Assembly (NCBI GenBank): GCA_038087875.1
Contig: JAXLNO010000546.1
Location: 1-64,000, forward strand
DNA length: 64,000 nucleotides
Reading direction: 5' to 3'
Source: Malacoraja senta
Lineage: Eukaryota
The notes beneath the pieces were generated by a model. It had not been told where the DNA came from. It worked only from the letters and a program-made list of their open reading frames with translations, and ran no database searches. A program made the translations under genes and the position numbers. Position 1 is the first letter of the stretch. Every line of letters starts with the position of its first letter. This document shows positions 11,293-23,310 of the stretch, one piece after another.

Positions 11293-13937
11293 TGTGTTGT
11301 GTTCTTATTTTTGATTGTATGGCTGTATGGTGACCACACATTTCACTGTGCCAACTGGCACATGTGACAAATAAAATAATTTCAATTTCAATTTCAATTT
11401 CAATTCAATTCAATTTTGTCTTGATTTGCCTCCAGTCCGCTGCTGTTGGTCAGGCTGCGCTAGCGGTACTGGGCTCGGCTCGGTCTCAATGAGGGTGTGC
11501 CGCAGCATGTGCGGTCCAGGTGCCGCCTCTCGCCCCCCACTGATGGGACACTCCCGTTCTGTTGGAGTCGAACGGGGGGCGGCCTTTTTCCCTTGCCGTG
11601 CTTTGCTCATTGTTTCCAGCTTCTTCGCTGGAATTGACAAAGCAGAGCAAAGCTTCTTAAGTACGACCTCAGAGTAAGTATTTACCTGATGGTCCGCTTT
11701 TTAAACTTGTAGCGGGAGCACCAGTACTCCCGTTCGTCGCTGTTGCACTGCGTGAACGCTAATGTCGCGCATGCGTGCTGGACGGGTTCTTCACGTAGTC
11801 ACTCACGTGACTCCAATGTAAAACTGAACATTTGGTAACTCATGCAAATCCCATCCGTCTCCGTAATTTAGAGCTGATATTAGTAATTTTCCATCTTTGA
11901 GCAAAAGCATCAGTTTGTAATTAACTGAAGATAATTGATGAAAAGTTAATGGAGCAATGCTGAATACTATTCGTCCATCATGGTGACTTTGATAGTTTCA
12001 GCCGGGAATAGGAAAGGTCTGGTAACAATGGTACTTGAGAATTGATTCCAATCTCTTGCCTCAGGGCGGAGTCCCAGATTATTTCAGTTGGTATCAACGT
12101 AAATTTAACTTAAATTTAACTGGATGGATGAGAACTCAATTCCAGCTAAATTGTGAAATACCTCTGGTGCCTTGTGAATGGAAACTGATCCCATGGTAGT
12201 TAACAGTCACGAAGTTCCCTATTCAGAAATGTCTATACTGCACAAGCCAGTTGTACCCGTTAACAATGAACAGGCCTCATTTCCCCAATTTCGATTCTGC
12301 CTAAAAAGGCAACGCCAACCATGTTTTCGAGAACTCTGGTGCTTGAATGCTGTGCAGTATAAACTAATCTGATCTGTAAAACCCAAGTGTAAATATTACC
12401 AACTAGTATCCGTAATCGGAAGCTTCTCCTTCATACTCCAATTGGGAGGACTAATGCAACCTGCCCAGGAGCTGCCTCAACCAGCTTCATCCTTCAATCA
12501 GCTTCACCCTTCATACATCCAAATGGTAGGACTTATGCAACCCGAGTCAGGAGCTGCCTTAGGTAAGCACCATCTGCATCCATCTGTTTTATCGAGTGGG
12601 AGGAAATGCAACTCTGAAACAGGTGTCGCTTCAGGCATATGTGCACTTCAGTAGCACCCTCTACCACTCCGGCTCATTTGAGTGGGAGGAAATTTGCAAC
12701 CCTGAACCAGGAGCTGCTGCCTGACATGCCTTCCACACTCTTGCGGGGTTGGCACATCTTCCACGAAGGCCGTTCTGGGTCGCGGTCTAAAAAAAGACCT
12801 CTGTTCTGATCGTACAGCCTTCAGCTTTCACCAGCTTCGGTGTCTGCTGGTGGGTGCATAGTAGACTTGTGGCATCTTCAGCCAACCCCATGTCTTCAGA
12901 GTCAGCCCAGAAGTGACTCCTAATGCTCCCCTCTGTCGAGGGAGATGCATTATGCAGCCCTCAACGAGGTGCTGCCATGGCCGTCCTGAGAGGCCCATGG
13001 TGACAAGGCTCCATATCCTGGAGCATCTGCTCCATCAATCGCCCATGTGGGATATGCGATCTCGGTCGCTGCCTGCCGGCGGTGATTCTTCATGGCCCGA
13101 CTCGTCTGAGTCTATGGCCTGTCCGTCCTCTGCTTGGTCTTTCTGCCAGTCTGCAGTGTTGATTCAGACTGTACAGGTGCCGGGACGCAGACTGCTGACC
13201 GCATAGATTGCAATCCAGATGCAGTCGGCCGCTGCTGACTGCCCGTACTTCCACGGTCCAGCCAGTCTGGATGCAGCCCGTTTGGACTTCGTTACTGCAG
13301 AGTAAAGAACTTACCTGCAGGTCTTGTTATCTGGAAAAAGCGGATTCGACCGCTGCCCGCTACCCGCAGTCTGCGGTCTCCGTAGCGGGTTCCCTGCGGC
13401 CCCTGTAGAAGGGATTCCCCGCAAAGCCCATGTCGGGTTTTCCGCCATAATTCTCGCAGCCGGAATTCACTCTACAGTCCTTGTAAAAGGGGTTTCCCGC
13501 GACGCCATGTCGGTTTTTCCACCGAGCCTGGTATCCCCGCGGTTCTCGCAGCCGGGACTCCCTCTACAGTCATTGTAGAAGGGAAGCCCCGCGAGGTCCA
13601 TGTCCCGGTAGCGGTCCCTGGAAAAAATTGTGGCTTACCCTCCAGTGGGTTGCCACCAGTCTGAAGCCGCTGGCTCCACCGCCAGCGACTCGAAAAAGGC
13701 GAACTGAACCGCCGCCCTCTACCCGCATCGCGGCCTCCGTAGCGGGTTCCCCGCGATACGTGGGCGGGTTTCCCCGAGGTCGTGACCGGGTTTCCCCGAC
13801 CCTGTGGTCAGCGACTGGGGTTCGTCGCGGTTCATAAGGATCTCCCGCAGCCTGGCAGACTTCTCCCAAATAAAGCAGGACCTCTGTAAGGCTACAGAGA
13901 TTGCTGCAAAACACAACCTGGATAAGTTTAAAACTTA

Positions 13938-14690
13938 GGTACACAAAAATGCTGGAGAAACTCAGCGGGTGCAGCAGCATCTATGGAGCGAAGGAAATAG
14001 GTAACGTTTCGGGCCGAAACCCTTCTTCAGACTGATAGGGGTGGGGAGAAGAAAGGAAAAAAGGAAAAAGGCGGAGGAGGAGCCCGAGGGCTGGGGGAGG
14101 GGAGGAGACAACCAGATGGCTGATGAAGGGGAGGGGACAGCAAGGGCTAGCAGAATTGGGAGAATTCAATGTTCAAGCCCCCAGGATGTAGACTGCCCAA
14201 GCGGAATATGAGGTGCATTTCCTCCAATTTACGGTGTTGCTCGCTGTGGCCATGGAGGAGACCCAGGACAGAGAGGTCAGATACGGAATGGGAGGGGGTG
14301 TTGAAGTGCTGAGCCACCGGGAGGTCAGGTTGGTTATTGCAGACCGACCGGAGGTGTTCGGTGAAACGATCGCCAAGCCTCCGCTTGGTCTCACCGATGT
14401 AGATCAGCTGGCATCTAGAGCAGCGGATGCAATAGATGAGGTTGGAGGAGATGCAGGTGAACCTCTGTCGCACCTGGAACGACTGCATAGGTCCCTGAAT
14501 GGAGTAGAGGGGGGAGGTGAAGGGACAAGTGTTGCATCTCTTGCGGTTGCAAGGGAAAGTACCAGGGGAGGGGGTGGTATGGGAGGGAAGGGAAGAATTG
14601 ACAAGGGAGTTACGGAGGGAGCAGTCTTTGCGGAAGGCAGACATGGGGGGAGATGGGAAGATGTGGCGAGTGGTGGGGTCACGTTGGAAC
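13938..14690 (-). mobile_element. 5'-truncated Penelope-like element (GIY-YIG ORF 14147-14644 plus pseudo-LTR)
   Basis: CNRKRCNTC, NLIYCIRCSRC, YIGETKR, GLN; 15-bp TSD taagtttaaaactta at 13923-13937 and 14691-14705. Confidence 0.92.
14003..14030 (-). ncRNA. Minimal type-I hammerhead ribozyme core
   Basis: Reverse complement CUGAAGAAGGGUUUCGGCCCGAAACGUU, ~115 nt after the Penelope stop codon. Confidence 0.6.
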
Positions 14691-14969
14691 TAAGTTTAAA
14701 ACTTACCTTCCGGTTGGACCGCTGGTGGAGCAGCGCTCCCCCAGCCTGTCGTTTGCGCAATGTGATAGACGATATGCCGCGCATGCGTGCTGGCGGGGTC
14801 TTCACGTAGTCACTCACGTGACTCCGAAGTAAAATAGCTAAGCTGAACATAATGCCAAGATCAACTTTCATCTGCCTGTACATAATCTATATCCATCCAT
14901 TCACTGTTTGTTCATGCGCCTATCTATATGTCTCTTAAATGCCACTATTATATTTGCTTCCACCACTAA

Positions 14970-15255
14970 AGGGCATGTCCCACTGTACGAGGTAATTAAA
15001 GAGTTCTCCCGAGTGTCCCCTGATTCGAACTCGGGCCGTTCGTAGGTAGGATCTCGTGGACATTTTTCACACTGTTGAAAAAGCTTCACGAGCTTACCAC
15101 GTTTCCCGAATACCTGCCGTTAGCGTTACGAGCCGCTAGGACACCTCCAGAGCTCCGACCTACCCGCTACGTACATTCTATGTACTTACCACGAGTTCGA
15201 TTTTTTAAAAACTCGGGAGAGCTCTTAGGTAAACACGTATAGTGGGACAGGCCCT
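14970..15255. mobile_element. PIF/Harbinger-type MITE
   Basis: TAA TSD (14967-14969, 15256-15258); TIR agggc(a/c)tgtcccact(g/a)tacg 18/20 match; inserted in an old CR1 fragment. Confidence 0.85.
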
Positions 15256-15340
15256 TAACTCTGGCAGTGTGTACCAGGTACTCTCCAGTCTCAGGTTAAA
15301 AAAACCTGCACTGCACATCTCCTTTAAACTTTGTCCCTCT

Positions 15341-15909
15341 TGTTGATTCACGTTTTTCTCTCACATCGGTTGTTTCGACAATAATCGACTGGACACCGGG
15401 GTTCCTTTAAACGTACGTTTATTCAGCACTGAGTCTTCACACAGGTTAACAACCTAGCAAAGAGTCAAGCTCTCTACCCTTAATTGCAATGCCTTTTATA
15501 TTTTAATGCCACTGTTTATGCCCCCCATATTATTGACACAAAGCAACAGACGTACGCAATGGTCAGGATCACAGGCACGTACATATTGGGAGATGTTATT
15601 TAGTGGAACAATACTAGAGATAAGACAGGTACATTCCTCGGACTTCTGAGAGCGGCGGTTTGTATATTCCTCAGACTTCTGAGAGCCAGCTATCTCAGTC
15701 AGGCGGGTGCAGTTAATACCATAGTCGTGAATATGCAGTAACAGCAGGACAATGTGAATTTCTCCTGACCACAACTTCCTGACCCCTGCAGCTACATATT
15801 GAGCAATTTTGGTCAGCAGACATTTTATGTTTCAATCCAGTCCACCTGGCCAAACCATTTTACCTTCACAGAACAATCTTACAGCGTTTATTCAAGATTT
15901 ACATTCACA
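15341..15909 (-). repeat. ERV 3' LTR (569 bp)
   Basis: TGT...ACA termini, PPT aaaaggggggaa at 15910-15921, TATAAAA ~15494-15500, AATAAA ~15418-15423, short direct repeat 15632-15690 in U3. Confidence 0.85.
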
Positions 15910-16007
15910 TTCCCCCCTTTTGCCATTCTTATGGCAACACTCATAGTCCATTAAAAAGTCCCATTCGCCGAATCTCGTAACTTTCTAGTTCCCTGTCCAC
16001 GGCCTCT

Positions 16008-16268
16008 TCAATCTCCTCGGGCTTTTCGGCAATTGTTTTTAGTGCGATGATCTGTTTGACTCAGATCTATAATGTCAATAGCGCCCAGTGTACTCATCTC
16101 AAGATCATCCCAGTTATCTGGTAACAGCATTTGAATAGCATCACCTGTATCATGTTCATTTATTTCCAGTTCTGGAATATGCTGCTGTTCAGAACTCCAA
16201 TCAGTCTCAGTTTCTTTATTCAAGTCATCACATGTTTTGGTGCTTTTATAAAAGTTTGTACCCTGTTC
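16008..16268 (-). CDS. Acidic open frame between env and LTR, possible accessory exon
   Basis: 87-codon stop-to-stop frame (EQGTNFYKSTKTCDDLNKETETDW...), no early ATG; function unknown. Confidence 0.3.
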   Translation of the reverse strand, partial: EQGTNFYKSTKTCDDLNKETETDWSSEQQHIPELEINEHDTGDAIQMLLPDNWDDLEMSTLGAIDIIDLSQTDHRTKNNCRKARGD

Positions 16269-16708
16269 TCATTATTGGTGGTGAAGTTACATGGCCTAGC
16301 CGGTGCTCTTGACGCTGTCCTAGATCCATGATAGCAATTGTCGTAGGAGTGGTTATTTTTCTTAGGGAGCGGTAAGCAGTTGGCCGGTGGAGCGAGAAGC
16401 CTATCATAGCCGATGCTAACGGGCTTGACAGGGACCGTTTCTTTGTCCTGGCACTTCACCAGTCGTTCAGTTCTGCCCCATGCAGGGGATGGGGTAAACA
16501 GGGAGGTAACAGATGTCATTCGTGGATAACAAACCACCTGCCCCTTCCCGAATAGCTCGTTGTGTGCCTGGGTGAATAAATTGGAGTTTTCTCGTTCCCC
16601 TCTCTTTCCTCGTTTGTTCCGTCCGTATTCAGGCTTTGTCCATTTCCAACCGAAACCGATTAACCCTGCTGTGGCTGCCACACATATTAAAGCCACGGAG
16701 ACCCTCAT
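16246..16708 (-). pseudogene. env: ERV envelope with large internal deletion
   Basis: Signal-peptide-like N-terminus, RNKR, Cys-containing SU start; an alternate frame ends ...IMRTGYKLL* like a cytoplasmic tail; no TM/ISD. Confidence 0.65.
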
Positions 16709-16780
16709 CTTAGCGATTTATTTCGTATCTGCGAACACAAGGGAGGGAAAAAGAAAAGAACGTGCAATTTCATAGCAAAA

Positions 16781-19700
16781 TTAATTAGTACCCTGCTTTT
16801 CTTGGACCGGATCCCCCTCCCTGACCTTGACCTCCCCCCTTTGCTTGGTGTCACCAAACACTTTACAATGGTGCAAATGCACCGATGCCGATCGTCCTTC
16901 TACCTTTACCGTGGTGAGGGTGGTGAGGAGAACCTGGAAGGGGCCGAACCATCGAGGAGAAAGGGTGTCCTTACGAACCCAATTCTTAATCAACACATAA
17001 GAACCCGGGGTGATCCGTCCATCAACGGGAAAATCTATGTCGCCCTCATAAGCGGCCTTGACCTCCCCATGAATCTCATGCAGGGCCCTTGTAAGGGCAA
17101 GGACGTAAGAGACCATCTCCTCCGTCATATGATGCAATGTCGTTGTGGCCGGGATAATGTCTGTCCAGGGGGTGCGCAGGGGTCGGCCATAGATGATCTC
17201 TGCAGGAGACAACCTTGTCTTCCCTGCTGGAAGGACTCTGATCGGAAACAAGGCAACAGGTAACATTTTAACCCAGGTGGAGCCCGATTGGTCCACCAGC
17301 TTGGCAAGCTTGGTCTTCAGGGTCTGGTTCAAGCGTTCAACCATTCCTGCAGCCTGTGGGCGATAAGCACAATGTAGCCGCTGGGTTACACCCAGCTGTC
17401 GGTACAATTCTTTATTGATAGCGGCAATAAAGTGAGGGCCGTTATCCGAACTGATGGTGTTTGGAACCCCAAAGCGAGGAACAAACTGCCGTAATAAAAT
17501 AGACACCACCGTAGAAGCAGTGCTATCAGTGGTTGGAAAGGCTTCAATCCACCTAGTAAACACATCAACAATAACAAGCACATGTTTATAACACTGACAC
17601 TTAGGCAAATCAATAAAATCCATTTGTAAGGTTTCAAATGGAGCAGTAGGTAATGGAGTACGACCCGTCTGGCAGACAACTCCTTTACCAGGGTTGTGTG
17701 TAGCCCAGTTGAGGCACCGTGCACTAGTTTGGGCTGCCAAAACCTTAAGTCGAGGATGCCACCATGCCTGTAAGAGAGCGTCTACTAGCAAGGTGACCCC
17801 ACAGTGAGTGGCTAGATGTAGGCAATCAACAACCCTGGTCGCTAACTGGTCTGTCATACAGGTCTGTCCGGCCGGCGTGAGCCACAATCCGGAATCAGCC
17901 TTCCGACAGCCCAGCTGCTCCCATTCCGTTATAACATCAACAGCGGCGTTCCCCTGTAAGAGGAGTACATCATTCATGGTTGGCATAGGTTTCTCAGATT
18001 CAGACGAGCCCATATAAAGGCTTTTCACCTGCCTCATCATACTACCCACTACTTTAAATATACCACGTGAAGCACACTTAGCCGCTTCGTCAGCCAACCT
18101 GTTACCGATTTGGACCGGGGAATCTCCTGTCGTGTGGGCCGCACATTTGATTACGGCTACCGCAGAAAGCAGAAGGATAGCATTCAACAGGTCAGAGACC
18201 AGGATCTGATTGGCAATCTTATGGCCCGTCGAGGTGAGAAATCCCCTATTTTTCCATAACTGTCCGAAATCGTGAACTCCGAATGCGTATCGGCAGTCGG
18301 TGTAAATATATTCGGAGAGCCCCTCGGCGAGGACACAGGCTCGGGTGAGGGCAAACAACTCAGCCTGCTGAGCTGAAATCGGTGGGTCAAAACTGCCACA
18401 ATCCAGCAAGGTTCCATCTTGCTTAACTACTGCGAAGCCTGACAGATGGCGTCCCTGCTCGTCGATGGATGAACTTCCATCGGTACAGAGGATCAAATCT
18501 GGAGAGGCTAGAGGTTGATCGCTAAGGTCAGGGGGCTATTCTCGCGGACTGGTATCCGCGAGAATAGCCTCCAAGCAATTATGGTCGCATGGAGCGACGA
18601 GATCAGGAGGAGAGCAGAGAAACGCAGCAGGGTTGATAGTGGTGCAGTGCCGGAACTGTAGCTTGGGATTATTCAACAGGTAGATCAGTTACTTCTTTTG
18701 TCTGGCTGAAGTCAAATGCTGGGACTGGAGCTGTCCCAGTAGGGCGGTCACGGAGTGGGAGGAATATACGGTAATGTCCTGCTGGAGAGTCAGGTTGGCG
18801 GCCGACTGAAGACTATTGTATACCGCTGTCAAAATCTGTGTACAATGGGGATACCCAAGTGCCACAGGGTCTAACTTGGATGAATAATACGCCACTGGTC
18901 GGTGCTTATCCCCATGCAGCTGGGTCAAAACCGCAGTGGTACATTCGCCCAGGATGGTACAATAGAGCTGAAAAGGTCTATCATACAGGGGTCGCCCCAG
19001 CGCAGGAGCCTTCTGCAGGGCCTCTCGTAGATTATTGAAGGCGGTCAAGGCTTCATCTGACAATACAAAGGTACCTTCCTGGCTGGTGTAAGGGGTCAGG
19101 TGCTTTATGTCCAGGGCCACATTTGGAATCCACTGACGGCAGTAGTTGATCATTCCCAACCACTGTCGCATTCCCCTGGCTGTCGTGGGGGGTGGTGTCC
19201 TGTAAATGGGGTCCGTGCGGCTCTCGATCAACCGACGGCCATCTGAATCCGAGGAATTTCACTTCCTTTTGTCCGACATGTACTTTGGAGGGGGACACAA
19301 CGTACCCCAATGCCTTTACAAAGTTCAGCAACAAAATTATAGCTTCCCTATTCTGCTCCTCCGTTTCACTGGCCACTAAAAGGTCATCGACGTACTGGAT
19401 CAATGCAGACCCCTCAGGTAACTGCAGGTTTTGTAATTGCTGTTGCAGACAACGAGAAAATAGGGTCGGCGAGTTTACAAAGCCCTGTGGCAATCTGGTC
19501 CATGTATACTGTTGTCCATTGTAGGTGAATGCGAACAGGTACTGACAGTCCGGATGTAAAGGAATCGAGAAAAAGGCATGTTGGAGATCCACCGATCTAA
19601 AGACTGTTGCTTTAGCCAGGATGGTAGCGAGAATGTGTGCTGGGTTAGGAACAAGAGCATGTAGGGGTTGTACTATGGCATTGATGGCCCGCAGGTACTG

Positions 19701-20771
19701 GACTAGACGATACTGATTCGGTTTGCCTGGTTTTGGGACTGCGAGAATCGGGGTGTTGCAGCAGGACTGCCATGTGATCAAAATCTCTTGCTCCAATAGT
19801 CCTTTGAGTAACACGTCGATACCGGGTACGGCCTGGACTTTCAAGGGATATTGTCGTATAGATGGCATGGCTACACCAGGCCTGACCTGCACCAGGACTG
19901 GTTCAACATTTGTAAGTCCTACTTGAGTCATATCATCCGCCCATACTTCCGGATCAGTAAATTCCACAATATCTCGGCCCTTATGGTGTCTCAAGGTACC
20001 CTCCTGAGTAGGTCGGGTGGGTGAATAGGTAATGGTCAGATCGGAGGTAACTTGCTGGGGGCCTTGGATATTTTCATCTGATCCCTTCAATGCCTGAAAA
20101 ACCATGGGTCCGAGATCTTGGACGGTATATGGAAGGTATACTTTTAGCGTAAGATGAGGTGCGATGCCAGGACCTTGCCTCCAGATGGACATAGATATCG
20201 ACACGGCCAACGCTTCTCCTTCCCGACCGGTTACAGTAGCCAACTCGGTGATGGTCCACTGACTGCCCTCATAGGGCCCAAAGAATTGCTCCAATTCCGA
20301 GTTGGATCCACTCGCATCATATGCAAGTGTGACATGGTGTTCTTGGTCCTCCAAGTCCAGGGTCCACCACTGGGGTGTTCGATGCTGATAGCACTGGCGA
20401 TGTTGAGCGTGTCCAATCTCTATGGAATGCGGCTGACATAAAAGCAGAAGCTGTAGTCGACAAAGTAGGTCTCGTCCCAAAACATTAACGTCCAGATTGT
20501 TAGTCACCACAAATTGGTGCATCAGGCGGATTCCTTCATACTGGACAGGTACTGGTACAGTTAGGGGATAAGGGTGGGGTATTCCATCAAAGCCTTGTAG
20601 CATTTCATGCTGTCCAGTAGTCTGGAGGTCTAAGGAACACTGCACTGACGAAACAGTTGCTCCGGTATCAACAAGGAAGGATTGTGATTCATTATTAACT
20701 ATTATCTTCAGGTGTGGCTCCGGGATACTGTCATTCCTCCCAGTTGAGGATATCGACAGCAACTTTGGTGG
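16781..20771 (-). pseudogene. pol: ERV pro-pol (protease, 2H-like domain, RT, tether, RNase H, integrase) with frameshift/stops
   Basis: LVDTGA, QYPL, LPQGF, QYVDDLL, RPVAYYS, TDGS, AELFAL, QMDF, SDNG, GMVER, WFGPF in ORFs 19053-20762, 18689-19231, 16781-18496. Confidence 0.95.
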
Positions 20772-22899
20772 TCAATTTTCAAAGGGGTTTTGGTGTATTC
20801 CTTGGAAAGAGGGAGAGGGACCTGGGCACCCTCCTTGGGGTCCTTGTTGGCCTTGCTGTCCAGGTTGTTCGTACTGTCCCTGGTTTGGCGGTCCCCTATC
20901 CCTTCCTCGTCCTCCTCCTTGCTGGTTACCACCTGGATAATCTCGGCGCATGTGACCTTTGCTTCCACATCCATAACAAATCATGGGTTTTCTTGGTCCC
21001 CATCCTTTTCCTCCAGATGGCTGCTGGTTGTTCCATCCGCGGGGTGCATATGGTGGTCCATATGAGGGAGCATTTGGTCCGTTCGGATGTCCCCAAGGGA
21101 AAGGGTACATGTTGTGCTGGCTATCCATCCATACCGGGAAGCTGGACTGGTGCTCCATCTGGTATCCTCGGGTATCCGCGGGCGGAGGTCCCTTGTGTTG
21201 CGGCGGCTGCTCTCGGGTGATAACACAATCCGTCTTTACCTTTGCTGGTGGATCCCTAGCTTCTCCTCTCTTCCATAATGCACACACGGCACGGCACATA
21301 TCATGGGTGGTCATGCCGGTCCAATTTAGATTATTAGTCTTAACGCTGGTACAGACGCCGTCGGGCAAGCAGAGCATTAGTGTAGCACAGAACTGGGGAG
21401 ATTGCTGACAGGTGTTAAAGTTCTGGTCCCCAGCGTGTGAGCCATACACATCCTTAAATCTCTCCAAGAAGTCCTCGGGGTCCTCATTTCGCTTGGGCTT
21501 CTGATCCAGTATCTAGGGCAAGTCAATTGGTTTTCTCAGGGTCGCTTCGAGGGCCGCCAGGAGTAGGGTCTTCCGCTGGTCATCTCCGGCAAATCCCGGG
21601 TGCACGGCTTCCATAGCAGCGTTGTCATTGTGCCCCAGCTGGGCGATGAACTTAACCCTCTGCGTTTGATTCAGTGATTGTCTGACCAGACTCCAGGCGT
21701 CTAAAGAGACGGCTTGGTAGGCGTCCAACATGTTGCCAATGAACTCCACAAATCGTCCTGGGCACATGACTTTGTCTGGTGCCCCATTCAGGATTATCAA
21801 CATATCGTTTGGTTTCCACGGAGCGTACACCTGGATGGTCGCAGGGGGCCCTCCTGCTACAACGGCCACCCCGGCGGCTGCAGAATTTGGGATCGTTCTC
21901 ATTGGCATTTGCCTTGTGCGTGGGGGGTGCTCCTTCTTCCTAGCCCTTCTAGCCTCTTCCTCCCTTCTCTCGTCTCCGACTTCAGGTGCCATGTCCCCTT
22001 CGGTCTCCCATTCGTTGTCATCGTCGGAGGTCGAAAAGGGGGAGCTGGAGGGGGATTGGGTTCGCCGCTGTGCCATATCCTTTCTGGTTTTGGTCCTGGG
22101 GTTCAGCTTAGTTCGGCCTCCCACAGAGTCGGTAGATTGTAGGACAGCAGGAGAATACGGAGGAGGTCGGTCTGCTGGAGGGGCACTAGTGGCAACTGTC
22201 TTCCCTGTGGTCCCCCCTGAATGGGACCGTCTTCTGGGGTTCAGCGAGGGTACGGGAGATTTGGAAACTGGTATCTGTGAAGGGCGAGTTTTAATCTTGG
22301 ATCCGATAGCGGGAATTGGAGGAGCGGACACGGGACTGGCAACGGGGCAGAGGGACTGGCAACGGGGGCAGACTGGTTCAGCGGGGGTGCTCCATGGACT
22401 CCCCAATGATAATCCTCCTCCTCGTTACCTCCCAAATCTATGCCAGCCACCGACATACGTAAGTCTTTATCTACCTCGGCCTTATTTTGTCTCTCTCTCT
22501 CCTGACGATCCTTACTTTCCTTAGCATGCCTACATCCCTGTTTTAATACGGTCACCGACTTCTCCTGATCCCCCTCGGTCAGGGGTATTCCTAGTTTCAA
22601 GGCATTACTCTGCCAACTGGCCGTTAAAGACCGTGCCTTTTCTCCGTTACAATGATCGATCCACAACTGAATGGCCTTTTTATAATTTCTTTTTTAATCC
22701 TTTTTCCATATTACACTCTGGGCCCTTGATAACACACCCATATCATTGGAACCCCCTTCAGGCCATTCATCCTTCCCCAGTTTATGAATGAGTCCTCCCG
22801 ACATACGCCTGAAGGTCTCCTCCATTTCTGGCTATGCAAGAAACATAGCTGATGTAATGGCCGGTCCGGGTGACAACTGGTGTCCATACCATTACCCAT
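20772..22899 (-). pseudogene. gag: ERV gag (disrupted)
   Basis: MG start, PPPY late domain, MHR-like QKPKRNEDPEDFLERF after a premature stop at 21513, degenerate knuckle CYGCGSKGHMRRDY. Confidence 0.88.
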
Positions 22900-22904
22900 T
22901 TTTT

Positions 22905-23310
22905 AATACTTATATTATTACACACCAATAGTCCAGGGTTATCCGTGAGTCCTTGGTTCTGCCGTATCTCACTCAGTCACTTCAATTCCTGACCTTCGCG
23001 TGGAGGATTTCCTCTCTTAATAACCAGTCTAAGGCGGACTTTCTGTGAGATACGGGGGTACGTTGGTCTCGGTTAACGTCTCAATACTTATTAATCCGAC
23101 GATTCAATATATACTTATGCTATTACACACCAATATTTCAGGGTTAACCGTGAGTCCTTGGTTCTGCCGTTACTCACTCGGTCACTTCAATTCCTGACCT
23201 TCGCGTGGAGGATTTCCTCTCTTAACAACCAAAGGCGGACTTTCTGTGATATACGGGGGTACCTTGGTCTCGGTTAACGTCTCAATACTTATTAATCCGA
23301 CGATTCAATA
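22905..23310. repeat. ~200-bp tandem duplication in the ERV leader
   Basis: 22905-23110 and 23112-23310 are near-identical copies. Confidence 0.9.

Larger units (their letters stand above)
8410..11413 (+). mobile_element. GC-rich non-coding SINE-like retroposon split by a CR1
   Basis: 8410-9138 plus 11293-11413; ends catttcactgtg..cacatgtgacaaataaa(ttcaa)n; homologous to 41184-42000, 46680-47405, 52855-53555, 58850-59562. Confidence 0.7.
7843..11640 (-). pseudogene. DIRS-A gag-like ORF, split by insertion and internally deleted
   Basis: 11410-11640 (..GGKSRQ) continues at ~8409 (KTNRLQAES..MERLVEQMLQRD); much of the middle seen in the 29781 gag is missing near 8150. Confidence 0.7.
4436..11821 (-). 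mobile_element. DIRS1 tyrosine-recombinase retrotransposon (DIRS-A), both termini present, interrupted at 8410-11413
   Basis: ITR pair 4510-4543 / 11763-11796; internal complementary region 4660-4772 with a 79-bp perfect inverted match to 4436-4514; gag, RT, RNase H, MT, YR ORFs. Confidence 0.92.
1600..14834 (-). mobile_element. Old degenerate DIRS1 element (DIRS-B), host of Tc1, DIRS-A and Penelope insertions
   Basis: Left end ttacttcggagtcacgtgagtgactacgtgaag at ~14800-14832; gag relic 12600-13920; RT/RNase H relic 11825-12400 continuing at 4435-4160 (LQTDA...GINYL); MT relic PPFCLI..QPWFP 2176-2514; YR relic ~1640-2170; right end not found. Confidence 0.75.
15341..23310 (-). mobile_element. 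Defective endogenous retrovirus (epsilon/gamma-like class I), 5' LTR absent
   Basis: Order leader-gag-pro-RT-tether-RNaseH-IN-env-PPT-LTR on the minus strand. Confidence 0.93.

Noticed and set aside
21730..22524. 264-aa plus-strand ORF
   Set aside because: Antisense shadow of GC-rich gag; no motifs or independent support.
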